The translations under genes and the position numbers were made by a program. Shown piece by piece: positions 1 through 13,650 of a stretch of DNA of 64,000 nucleotides. The stretch's first letter is position 1. Every line of letters begins with the position of its first letter. This DNA comes from Lophium mytilinum (Eukaryota), in contig MU004186.1 in assembly GCA_010093605.1 (NCBI GenBank), positions 1,406,616-1,470,615 on the forward strand. Reading direction: 5' to 3'. The notes beneath the pieces were generated by a model. It did not search any database. It saw only the letters and a program-made list of their open reading frames with translations, and had not been told where the DNA came from.

Positions 1-1152
1 TTGCTGAATATCGATTCTCACCGGCCCTGGCCGCTCCTTCAAAGCACGTAACCTTGCGTCCTCGTGTTGGAAGCTGTAAGCGAGAGTGAGCTCTTCCTGT
101 TGACGGCGAAGAAGTTCCACGAAACTCCTAAAATCAGATAGAGGTAGTCTTTGCCGAGGACTGTTTAGGTTGTACTGGTGCCTTAGCAAGGCAATGCGAT
201 CTTGAAATTTGAAAACTTTCGGAAAAATAGACGCGGAGGTGAAATCCGTGGAATTGTAAGTCTGACAAATCTTTCTCTGGCTTTCGAGAGCATCAGCCAC
301 AGCGCAAATTACTCTCTCGTCAAGTTCCTTGTCCAGGACTAGGCCTTTCAAGGTGTCTGCTATCTTGGACAGTATTGCCTTCAAAGCCAAGCGGAACTCT
401 TCAGCGCATTCATCTTCGTCGGAGATGTCTGGTGGAGCTTGTTCCACGAGAGTTTGGATGGGGTGGTGTTCTACGTCCAGGAGCGTCGGTCGGGACGTAT
501 GCTGTGGAGATTCGGGCGGGCTTATAGTTGAGACAGAAGGCCGCCGCAGCGTCTGATGGATGTCCGCCTGGTCTATGCTTATGTCGTGAGGCACTGGCTC
601 ATGCTCTGAGGTGAGAGAGCTGGTGTGGGACATTTGTTCAACCTATATCTTCACTTTTAGTCATCGTAATGCGGAGAACGAAGCTTCTCAAAGGCATACC
701 TGGACGAGACTCTTGCCAGAGGCATTCACTCTTTTGGACGAGTGCCGCCGAGCTTCAGCGGTGCATGATTTTCGTTTTTGCAACTTGGTATTGCGGATCG
801 TGTTGAGCCTTGAGCTGGGCTTCGTCCTGCGGAGCGACTCAATATCAAGTTTGGCTTCAAACTTTCTGATATTGTGCGAGACTTGACATGCTAAAGACTG
901 CGGTAATGAAGAGTCCTCCGCAAAACCCAGTAGCTGAACGGCTTCCCAGGTCAAATCTTTTGGTTTTTGGCCGTAATGCTTTTGGGCCAAATCGTACCAC
1001 TTGCGCGTAAGTCCAGAAGTTGATCGGTCTTGGATAGTGAGAAAAGGGGCAACGCATTTCATACATGTGTTATAAAAGCTGATGCGGTTTTCAAGGCAGA
1101 AAAGCGCATATGAGATCAAGCAGACCTCGTCCTCGTGCTTCCATGGGGTCAT
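1..1152 (-). CDS. Hypothetical protein, 3'-partial (runs off window start); exon 1 ~699-1152, intron ~643-698, exon 2 open from 642 to 1
   Basis: ORF 688..1152 has a GTATGC donor near its end and a CTAA..ATAG acceptor. Manual translation of exon 2 (VEQMSHTSS...EEFRLALKAILSKIADTLKG...ELLRRQQEEL) has no stop down to position 1. Confidence 0.6.
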
Positions 1153-2246
1153 GATGGCTAAAAAGCGGGCTGAGCACGGCGAGCACGGACAAAAATCGCT
1201 GCGGGGACGGAGACAATATTCTAGGACAGCGACGAATCAATCGACTTGCGGAGATTTGCCTAGGCACGTAGAAGCAACTGCGGGAGCAGAGAGACTGACA
1301 CATAAATGCTAATCAAGAAATCAACATGCACGTCATCGCTGATCGGTAGGTCTAAGGGTTGAGTCAAAGGGGGAGGGAGGAAACGGAGGGGGAGATGTTT
1401 CCTGCAGGCCGTGATCCATAAGGAGAGCCTTCGGCAGGATGCAGCTGCGAGGCTGGAACCAGGCCACAGTGCAAACGCTGCAGACCTGTTGTTTGCTTTG
1501 TGCTGCATGAACTAAAAACAAAGGGGTAGCCCGGTGGCCCGTGTGTAAAATAGGCGGGGGTCTGAGTGATGCTCCTCGCACACCCGTCATCACTTCCCTG
1601 ACTTCCATGCATATGCGCCTCGAAATCACTCAGCTCTCGTCTATCCGGTACCCTGGCGCACAAACTGTCCTCTACACGGCTTTCACAGCCGACCAATGCT
1701 ATCGGTTGTGGCCCTTAGCATTCCGCGTTACACCAGACTCTGATACAATGTCTGCAATCAGACGCCGTCTATGCAGGCACACCGGGAAGTATCTAGAAGA
1801 CGAATCCTTCGCCGCATCATGGGAATTTTACTAGCGGCCCTTGCCGAAGGAAACCTGCACCTGGTATCAGTGTTTGGTGTACATGCCTATGCACATTCGT
1901 CGGCGGTCAGGCGGTCGATCAGTCGTCTGCAGTACGTATGTGTGTACGGTTGGCGTCCAGCTCTTTCATTAGGCCAATATCCGTCTAGTGGGACGAAACT
2001 CGAGCCCTGTAGGACGTGGACTAGGATGGGCGACTGCTCCCTAGTGCGCCTAACCACATACGTCGTTTCTGCTGTTCTTACAACTAAAGAGCAATCTGCA
2101 AAATCTCACACACTCGAACCTCACGACCCCGGCGAACTTCTTTGATCTCATTTTATCACGCCTTTCTCCCTGTTACGTCAGTTATCAAAGCAACCTTCAT
2201 TTACCAGCAGTTTGCTAGATCACGAGAGATACAGTTCTACGCGATT

Positions 2247-4931
2247 ATGCCAAACATCAAAAACTGCAAAAACCGACGGCGGACTTATGTGGAGGCCTCT
2301 CCCTCACCTTCGGATAGGGACGACTATGAATCATCTCGGCATTCCTGTGGTGTCAATGACCAAGCACCGATCGAATCCGAGAATGACTCTTTGACTCGTT
2401 CCCCCTCAAGAACAGTTTCTCAGAATGACGCTGAACTTGTTCCTCACGATATTGCCGGAGCCCAAGCTGCTGATCGCATTGGGTTCCTAGGTTTCGACTT
2501 TGGAACTACTACAACTGGAATTGCGTACGCCAATGCCAAAAGCGATGGCCCAGCTGTAAAACCAGTTGACGTGCGTTGCGTCACTGGTTGGTCAAATGCA
2601 GCTCGACCAGATTGGGAAATTTACAACAACACGCGGTATATACCCAGTGAATTCACATATCCATCGACTCCGCAACAGATGATCCGTCCTAAAGAGCTGG
2701 AAGTCAAGCTTGACATAGACAAACTGAAGTCCGGAGCAATGGAGTCTAATCCCGTCCCCTCTACTGGAAAGGTACGAGTTCATTCTTTTGATCGACCTTC
2801 TCTAACTCGTTAATCTAGATCAGCGTACAACAAGAGAGATTCACATACGGCTGGGAGTCAAGATCTGAGATGGGTACAGCGTACCGGCACCTACAATCGA
2901 ACACTATTAGTCTTCTGAAGCTGCGACTCCTGCCTGACCGGGAAACAAGGTCCTTGACGAAGAACCTCGAGGCCGTTATACGCCATCTCAAGGACATTAG
3001 GACTCTGCCGGATGTGGAAGATGCGGCTGATGAGCAATTTGTTAACGAGCAGATGCTTCAAGATTTCTTTCTTCCAGTATTCCGGCAGACAAAGGCACAC
3101 CTTCAAAGCGAGCATTGGTATCAGGAAGACATGCAATTCTACATTACGATGACATGGCCACCCATGTGTTCGGACGAAAGCAGAGAAGTTCTTGAGCGAG
3201 CGTGCAGGAACGTTGAGTCTGTAGTTCGGATTTCACGCCAGCCGTCCTTTGAGTTTGCTGCAGAGCCGGAGGCTGCAAAGGATTTCGTTCTAGCATCCAT
3301 GCGTTATGATGTCTCTCGTGGAGAATCCTTCGTTGTACTGGACTGTGGAGGCGGTACGGTTGATGCGCATACATTTACAAATCGGAACAATGCTCACAAG
3401 TCTGCGGGGATTCGAACAGCAGGCAAGTGTTGCGGAGCACGTTTTGTGAAAGAAACCGCACGTCGGATGCTTGTCAAAGAATTAAAGAGACGAAATTGGG
3501 AGAAAATAAACAAAGCTCTCGAAGATCTAGGTTCGAGTATCGAAGAGCAAATTGGTGCCGCGGCTGACCTTTTTGAGACAAATCTTCAAACTTGCTTTTC
3601 TGGGGTGGAGACTTGGCGACCGAAAATCCTCGGCATGAGTGAGCCGCCGATCGTTTTCGACGCGAATGATGTCTCCACATGTTTCCGCCGTAGTTTAGAG
3701 GGTACCGTTGAGGTCATGCATGATCAACTGGAGCAAGCGCGCAACGTTGGGCTTACCGTGAGAAAGATTATCATGACGGGTGGCTTCGGTCAATCACCTG
3801 CACTCCAGAAGCGGCTACAAGAAGAGCTCCGTCGGTTACAAAGGGACTTTGGGGATAGTATCGATCTAGTCTTCTTGGACACACACGAACCAAACTCCGA
3901 GAACACCGTGGCGTGCGGAGCCGTTCTTCGGGCTTCAAACGCACATGTCCGAAGACACTTCCAAAAAATGAATCATACCGACATCGACCAAGATCCTAAT
4001 GAGCGAATTGCTCGTTACTCTTATGGCGTTCTACGGCGGGAGATGTACCAACCCGGAAGGTATGTTGGCCATCGAAAATTTCCCAAGCAATATCTCAAGG
4101 ACTTCAAGAGTGATGTGAACGGTCGTATAGAGCTACAGACAATACTATGGCTCAAGCAAAAGGTCAGTCTAACCTTGAACTTTTGAGCTCAACCTTATAC
4201 TATCATAGGGTGATATCATGACGCCGGGTGTTTTCGCAGAGTTAGAATGCGCTCACGAACTCGACCCCTCAAGCACTTTCGTCTGCGAAGAGAAATTTTA
4301 CGCATCAGACGAGGTCATGACGAGTCACTTTGACGAAGATAGCAAGGAGAACAGAGGTACGGATTTATTAGTCCAAACTTCATCACACGCTCACACCAAC
4401 ATAGCTGCTCGACCTGTTTTGAACGGTCTTGAGGTCAACTTATCCTTCTTGAAAGACCAAGGACTTCGATTAGAGACCCAGGGCAGACCAAAGCCCGCTT
4501 ACGTAGTGTGTTTCCTGCTTCGCATTCTTTACGACGGAGAGAAACTGGATTTCTAGATATTTCCTAAAGTTAACGGCACTACTATTGCTATGCCTAACCC
4601 TTTCCCACGCCTACTAGTTGAATTTGGGTTAGCAGCCCACTTTTACGAACGGGAAATCCATCCCGAACAGGATATCCGCCTTGACCGAGAGATTGCAGCC
4701 GAACCTGAACAAGGTGTTCACCCTGAGTTAAGCATGCCTCCTGGAAGAGAGATCCATGACAGAAATATGGATAATCAGAATAGCGAAACACCCCCTTCAA
4801 GTGGCGTTACCAGAGAGCGTACTGGATCCGCTCTTCTTGGCAGAACAGGAGGGTCAATGGCTCGTTGTGCTAAGCGGACTGGGCCTAGATCTATATCAAG
4901 TCGGGGAAAGCGTAAGAGATTCGGAGCATGA
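2247..4931 (+). CDS. Hsp70-like (HSPA12-type, actin-like ATPase domain) protein; introns ~2772-2818, 4163-4208, probably 4357-4404; in-frame TAG at 4554-4556, so possibly a pseudogene or truncated allele
   Basis: Motifs GFDFGTTTTGIAY (phosphate-1), AEPEAA, VVLDCGGGTVD (phosphate-2), IIMTGGFGQSPAL (adenosine), VACGAVLRA, RIARYSYG. The exons join in frame across GT-AG introns. Confidence 0.8.
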
Positions 4932-7900
4932 CTTGTAAGATGTGCGTTCCGATCAATAACAACCAGTCGTCTATACCCCGTTGTTTGAATCATGTATTAG
5001 TCCACAAGTCAGTTCCATGTATTTATTGGCCAGATATATTCCTTTGCTGCCGCTCCGGATGCCCGCAATTCGTCAACTGGACTCATGACAATGCAGCGAG
5101 AGGAACTCAATCCACCTAAGGTAATATCGATTGCCATGTACACCATAGATGACCTTAGGATAGTAGCAAGTTCTTCAAATATACTGGTCTAGCTCTAAGT
5201 GGTCTTGATTCTTGAACTCGCGAAGTGCTCGTTTACAGACGAGATGCCACGCTCACGGTTAGATTGCCAATACGAAGGCTGCTAAAATGTCGGATTTGGT
5301 CCTAACAAGACACTGTCACCATCTCTAGAAATTTCCTTGGCCACAGGATGTGCAAAGGGGCTGTATGGTGCATAACCTACCAGAATTATATCCCTGCAAG
5401 AGTGGCATGCTAGATACAACACGGGGAGCTCCCCGAATTGTACTACATGATCCTCGAGCAGTCTTCCGTGTCGAATCTGAGAAAGCGGCACACGAAAGAC
5501 CATGGTCGATCTGCCAGTTCCCGCTGTTGTCAGCCGGACTTTACGAGTTGGGCTGGTGGCTACTCACCGCTAGTTTTCAGGCTTTGCCGTCTCACGCAAT
5601 ACGAACTCGTCTGGGTTCTTTCCAACAGACGGCACTTTCCCGTGGGCTGTGATGAGAAGCACAACCTGCAGACGTGGTTCTTGTAGATGCCGCATGACGG
5701 AGACTTTCTTTAGCCCTTAGACGCATACTATAATTAGCGTACCAAGTGTTCACTGTCTTCCAATGGCTTTCAATCTCTGGCAAAGCTGCTTGAAACCAAT
5801 AGGCTCGATCTCATGGAATTTCTGTGTCGTGTCTTGCGGGAAGCCACCTGCAGATATTCCACAGAATGCGTCTAGGGGCCGTAAGCCTCCAGCTGCAAAG
5901 GCAACTCCGGCCAAGAAAGTCTCTTTTCTTCTTCCAGTACCCTTACAGCCACCTGCACGCTAAACGAAACACACTCCGCAGGCTGTAGTCACCCTGAATT
6001 GGGTGCGACACGCTCGGCTCTCAATCTGCAAGCCACGGCGCTAGTTTCTCGTTTGGGCCGTCCATTTGTGACAGGTCGAATCTGATGCAATCGGGACACC
6101 TACTATTATTATCTTAACACGAGCCTACGAGGACCTTGTGAGAGTCACAAATCATTACTCATGCTGTTCGTTTCAATGTCCGGGCAATAGATAGCTGCAA
6201 TTAAGCTCGTGGTCACATTAATCACTGCTTCACCAGTGGCCTGAGCCCTCAGCAACGCTAACGTGCCAGGTTAAAGACTGTGGAGACTCTGTGCTCCACT
6301 GCAGGAGCTGCGTAGTCAACCGGGATTTTTCGGAGACTGCTGCTGTTTGTCTGATTTGTGTGATCGAGCGCCGCAAGTCGCCTACGCAAGTTAGATGAAG
6401 CGTGTTGGGAGATATGCTATGGGCAACGGGTATGTGCAGCGACTCGGCACTATCAGGTTACAGTCATGCATTGACTCCACCCACCCAGATGTTCAATGGT
6501 AATCTGTTGAGCGCCACCCGCATCCGCGCCCGGACGGGAAGTGGAGCTTTCCAGGACGCTAGATAGGTAGGCAGTGGATGTGATGGTGACTTCTGATATT
6601 CCATAGTATCACCAACAACGCACGTTCAATTCTACTCTACGAATCATAAACGCTGCGAGCAAGTCTGGACCGCCGGTGAAGGGCTGTAAAGTGGGCCCTC
6701 CTAGCACCGCTGTGCTCTGTTCGTCATGGCCCGGAAGAGGCTTCGGGAACACACCTCCTATTCCAGCAATCTCTAGCGGATCTTTTGCTCCAGCATGCAC
6801 AGAGCCACTTCGGTCAGCAACAACTCCCCCGCCCACAGACAATTTTATTGACCAGTCGTCTTTTGTTGTTGCAGTGATGGAACAGGACTGGAGCGACTTG
6901 AACTGGAGCTGGATGGAGGGCCTCGGAAAAAGCACTGGACTCGATTGAATTTCTATTTGAACCGCATGAGTTTGAGGTTATGGATGGTCTTGGAGCTCTA
7001 ATGGTTTATAGTTCCGTGTATATATATAGTAGGAAGAGGTGGTGTTTTAATACCTGTGAGGCTCGGAGGTCCGCATTTCTCAGCCTCTTATTGGCCTGCT
7101 AGATCTAATCTGATTGCCATCTGTCTCGGAACTAGATCTTGACAGAGCTATACGACACAGTCACTCTATCTTATAATGCAGCCTTTCCGTTTTGCAACTG
7201 ATATTCTATTGTTTGCATCATATCGTGTCTGTCTGCTTGGCATTCAAGTGAGGCATTGATCAAGACTGCCACGCGTCTTCCTACATTAGGCAATTATCTA
7301 ACTGTTTTAGGTAATCCACCTGGCCTGTTTAGGTAATTCGTATGGCGTCAACCTTACAAAGGTACCATGGAGCTCCACAGAGGTTTCTGGTGGACCGTGG
7401 GGATTTGAGGCCTCATCTAGTCCACTCCAATCCAGTCCTATAACTGTGTTATTGCCTTGGGCGAGTAACTAATCATTTCTCTTTATTGCTCGTGCGGCCC
7501 TCAGAGCTAGTGTGCAAAACACCCGAGTCCCAATGCCATGCAGAAGTATCATGATGATAACATGACGAGGAATGATCAAGTTGTTTGCATGTGAAAGGTC
7601 ACCCAGCTATGCTACGTGAGAATACTTTGAGCGGGGCAGTGTGTAGCATTATAGAGCGAATTATTTAAATATTAGCAATAGTAGTCATATCAACGCTCAG
7701 TTCCATTTGCAATTGCAAACAAGTAGACGTCATTTTGTAGGTAATCGATGTTTATACTTGATGTCCCGAACTCGGACGTCAAACTAGCGAAAAGGGACGG
7801 CAAAGACCGACAAAGGGAAGAACGCATCAAGATACACAAAGTCAATCATCGAAACTGACCACTTCTATAATGAAACATCGTGAAACATTCACGAGAAAAT

Positions 7901-8538
7901 CTTCAGACTTCAAGTCTCCAGCCTTTCTCGGCTTTTTCTAGAATTTCTCCAGAACCACCCCGATAGTACTTGCCATGAGCTTTCGGGTAATGGAAGTTCG
8001 AGCATAGTCAGAGAATTTTCTTCTTACCCGCCCAGTACCCGTAGAGCACGTCCAACATGATTTCGCTATCAGCGCCCTCTCCAAGAAAACCGGTAGAGAT
8101 AGCTGTACAGCGCTCCACTAGCTCCTAGAACTTGCAAGTCTGTGGTATAGTGACATAGCGGCAGCAGGATGTTCAAGATGTTTCGCTGTCGAGTTTTGTG
8201 AGCGAGAAGGGATTCAAACGTTGATATGTGCTTTCGGGTTGCGTTTTTAGTTTTGGGATGACTCGCAAAAAGGTATGCGATTATTGATGCACGAGACAGT
8301 TACAAGTAGAAATATAAGTTGCATGGAGATTTGATGTATTGGCAGATACTTATATCTCTGAAGTACCATTCATATTGCAATCCCATGGAGGCCATAGCTA
8401 CCGTCATATGAGAGGCGGAGACCACCCGCAGACCCCAATTGCCACTGCCGTTGCCGTCATAGCATTCCCCGAAACCGGAAATGCAAGCCCTCTGCCGACA
8501 GAAGACTGCCAGATTCAAGCCCGCAACTCCTACCCCAC

Positions 8539-9062
8539 TTAGCCCCCGAAATTGATCGAGAGAGTGGAGTTGTCGCAAAGGAAGAGTGCCGCACCCACTA
8601 CATCCACAAGTCAGTAACCACCTACATACAAAATTCACTCCAAGACATCGCCGCTCAATCCAGTTCAATTCACTTACACGCAAATTGATCGTCATTCCCC
8701 CCACACTGGCTGCTGATGAACTCCCTGAACCAGTCCTCACACTTCGCTGCCGTGAGGTAGTTGTCCTTGCCCATGATGCACTGGTTGCCGACGAACACTT
8801 GCGCCATGACGTTGCCCTCGGAGCCGCGGGAGTTGGCGAATGGGCCCTTGAGCGGCGTGCAGGTCGTGATGGCGGCACAAGCTTTGGAGATGGCGGACTT
8901 AGCCTGGGTCATGGGGACTTTGTTGTACCAGCAGTTGAGGCGGGTGGCGTAGTTGTACTTGAAGCACCCGTCCGGGTCTTCGCGGGGCTCCTTTGCTAGA
9001 GGGGAGGCGAGGGAGGTGATTGCAAGTGCCATGAAAGCGCTGGTAAGGGCGAGGAAGCGCAT
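8539..9062 (-). CDS. Small secreted cysteine-rich protein (effector candidate), ~147 aa, 8 Cys; intron 8598-8677
   Basis: Signal peptide MRFLALTSAFMALAITSLASP. GTAAGT donor, CTGAC branch and TAG acceptor add exon 2 (LGAALFLCDNSTLSINFGG*). Confidence 0.8.
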
Positions 9063-9569
9063 TGTGGACGTTGGTAGGTGGGTGATTGTGTGTAGTTTGG
9101 GGGATTTTTGCCGTGGAGGATGAAGTGGAGGGGGAGGATGTGGGTGGTTGAGGAGCTTATGTAATAAGGTTGAAGAGGTTGAGAAGGGTGACGTGGGTGA
9201 GACGTAGGTGAGGTAAAAGGGCGTGCAGAGTTTTTCATAGAAGGTTAGGTGTGGCAGCTCCGAACGGCCAGCCCACCCGGAAGTGAAGGTGGTCAGGAAT
9301 GGAAAGAGCGACTACATCACTAGAGTTACTGACGTTAAGACATCCTCTAAAATTCATTTGCTGAGATGAAGGAAGATAGAGACACTGAGATGAATCTTTG
9401 GATAAAGTGAAATGCGCCTCGTCGTACCAAATTCAAATCTTCATGCCACATGGTACCTTGCATGACAGAGGCTCCGTGTGAGGTGACCTAACTCTCGTGA
9501 CTCGTGGACTAAGTACACTTACTTTGGATATATGATTCACATTACATATGGTTACAATTCGTCAGTACG

Positions 9570-10882
<1,313 letters not shown>

Positions 10883-11150
10883 GGTGTTGCTGGAAGAAAG
10901 AGACAGGCGCTCAGGACATGGTGGAGATGAATTGACGGCGCTGAGGTCCGGCCGGCTTTCGTAGTGTAAGCGCCTTCGCAGGGATCGTGAGTGGTGACGA
11001 CGTTGCGGGCTGGAATGCAGGGCCGAGCTTCGGCTGGACCACGTGACTACGTGACGGAAAGCGCGATTGATGCCTAGCGACGCCTCCACTCCATCCCCGC
11101 CAACGTCAACCCGCTCTCCTCTACACTCCCACCTCTCAGCCAACAGCCCA
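10883..11150. promoter_or_regulatory. Compact bidirectional promoter for hemH/ku70 with an E-box-like tandem CACGTGACTACGTGAC (~11040-11055)
   Basis: 268 bp between the divergent ATGs. The CACGTG motif is seen directly; its function is inferred. Confidence 0.5.
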
Positions 11151-13497
11151 ATGGCAGAGCCAACTGACGAAAAGCGCCGGCACGGCGAAGAAGAGGAGGA
11201 CGATGACGAGGAAGAAGCCGACGACTCGGGCTACAAGACCGTCAAAGACGCGGTGCTATTCGCGATTGATGTCAGCGACTCCATGCTCAAGCGCCCACCT
11301 CCTTCAGACGACAAGAAAGCAGATCGCGACTCTCCGACGTCTGCCGCGCTGAAATGCGCGTACCAATTGATGCAGCAGCGCATCATCTCTCACCCAAAAG
11401 ACATGATGGGCATTCTGCTGTTCGGCACACAGGATACGAAGTTCGACGAGGTCAATTCTGGCGACCAGTCCTATCCCCACTGCTACCTCATATCAGATCT
11501 GGATGTTCCGGAAGCAAGCGATGTCAAGCGATTGCGAAGTCTAGTTGAGGATGAAGAGGAGGCAGCAAAACTCTTGGTGCCGGCCAAGCAGGACGTCACT
11601 ATGGCAAACCTCCTCTTCTGCGCGAATCAGATATTCACCACAAAGGCACCCAACTTCTCGTCCAGGAGGTTGTTTCTCGTCACAGACAATGACAATCCTG
11701 CGGCTGACAAGGGGGCGAAGGACAATGCTATCACCCGAGCGCGAGACCTATACGACCTAGGCGTCATAATTGAGCTGTTCCCAATCTCAAAGCCAGGAGT
11801 GGGCTTTGATCGAGCCAAGTTCTACGATGTAGGATATAAGCAGACCCAATTCCTTTCGTGTACTAATCGTCCTAGGACCTCGTCTACAGTGCATCTCCGT
11901 CAGACCCAGACGCACCCGCCCCAGTATCTTCCGCAACAAAAGTCTCGTCCAGTGGAGACGGCATAAGCCTGCTTCAATCCCTCATTTCGTCAATCAACTC
12001 CAAAGCTGCTCCTCGTCGCGCTTTGTTCAGTCTTCCACTAGAATTAGGACCGGACCTCCGCATCGGTGTCAAAGGCTATGTGATAATCAAACGGCAAGCG
12101 GCTGTAAAGTCTTGCTACGTCTGGATGGGTGGAGAGGATGGCGAGAAAAAGCAGCTTGCTGTTGTCAACACAACGCCAATGACCGACGACAGCGCCAGGG
12201 CCGTGGAAAAGGTGGATCTCGTGAAAGCATATACATTTGGAGGCGAAGCCGTCACTTTTCCCCCTGAACAGATGAAATTGATACGGCAATGCTTCGGGGA
12301 TCCCACCATTCGTATCATTGGCTTCAAGCCAATCTCCATGCTTCCAATATGGGCAAATACTAAGACTCCAACCTTCATTTATCCTTCGGAAGCCGATTTC
12401 ATTGGTTCTACCCGCGTCTTCTCAGCACTCCAACAAACGCTACTGAAGGATAAGAAAATGGCGCTGGTGTGGTATATCGCTCGGAAGAACGCTGGGCCTG
12501 TGATTGCCGCTCTCGTGCCGGGGGTTGAGAGGCTAGGTGAAGGAGGCGAGCAGGTCATGCCTCCTGGTATGTGGCTCATCCCTCTACCATTCGCGGACGA
12601 TATTCGGGACTACCCGGATATCTCACTAGTGAAAACGACCGACGATTTGACGGACTTGATGAGGAACGTTGTGCAACAGCTACAACTACCGAAAGCAATA
12701 TATGATCCGTCACGATACCCGAATCCTGGTAAGTATTTGGTCAGCGGCCTATGCTCGTCGAGGCAGATTTTGACTGTAGGCATTAGGACTGCAATGGTTC
12801 TACCGAATTCTCCAAGCTCTAGCTCTGGAAGAAGACATGCCCGAGAAACTAGAGGACAAGACTTTGCCCAAATACCGGCAAATCGATAAGGTAAGCATTA
12901 CACCTTCAATTTGTTTCTTTCGTCCATCGGCATTTTGTCATCCACCAAAACTCCAATTGTCGATGCCCTGAGCACGGACGACCTCAAATTCACGATTGGG
13001 CATGGTCACGTGTCAGTCACGTGCTCTTCACTCCTCCTCTGAACCACCACGAAGAGTACTTCGAGCATTGCTAACAACATTTTTTCTAGCGCTCTGGCGA
13101 GTTTGTCGTCGAATGGGGCCAAGCCCTGGAAAATGAGCATGCACTACGCTTGCAGAACAGATCCAACGCTGCCGCGCTAAAACGTGAATCCGCCACAGAC
13201 AAGTTATCTGGCCCGTTACCAAAGCGAATCAAGACTGAGCGTGGGGCGACACCCGCTGGAGGAGAAGATGAGGCGATCTCTGATGAGATGATGCTAGTAT
13301 ACCACAAAAAAGGGACAGTGACAAAGGTAGGCAGATGCACATTTATCCTGCGTGATTCCTGGTGCTAACAAGTTGAGCAGCTCACGATGGATAAGTTAAA
13401 GAGATATTTGAGTTCCAAGGGCCTCGAAACTAAGGGCAAGAAGGCAGATCTTGTGCAGAGGGCAGAGGAGTACGTAGCAGAGAAAATGGACTCGTAG
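11151..13497 (+). CDS. ku70: Ku70 (NHEJ end-binding subunit) with C-terminal SAP domain; 4 introns (~11829-11876, ~12729-12788, 12891-13089, ~13327-13380)
   Basis: [15 protein letters not shown] vWA start, [60 protein letters not shown] and a SAP-like [25 protein letters not shown]. Confidence 0.97.
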
Positions 13498-13650
13498 GTC
13501 CAGACAACGACTACGCAAAAAGAAGCAAGTTCATTACGGTGTTTTCGATCTATTGAGCTCGTGCTAATCAAAGATTACTTTTGTGATTACGGAGATAACC
13601 CGTGGGCCTCCTACGCACACCACTCCCTCCACCATCCTCACTCACATATA

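Noticed and set aside
5100..7000. Short ORFs (5282-5963, 6609-6948) that might be gene relics
   Set aside because: Frames are broken, with no recognisable motif or consistent splice structure.
12891..13089. snoRNA call in the ku70 intron
   Set aside because: No clear C box or properly placed H/ACA boxes; kept only as a structured intron.
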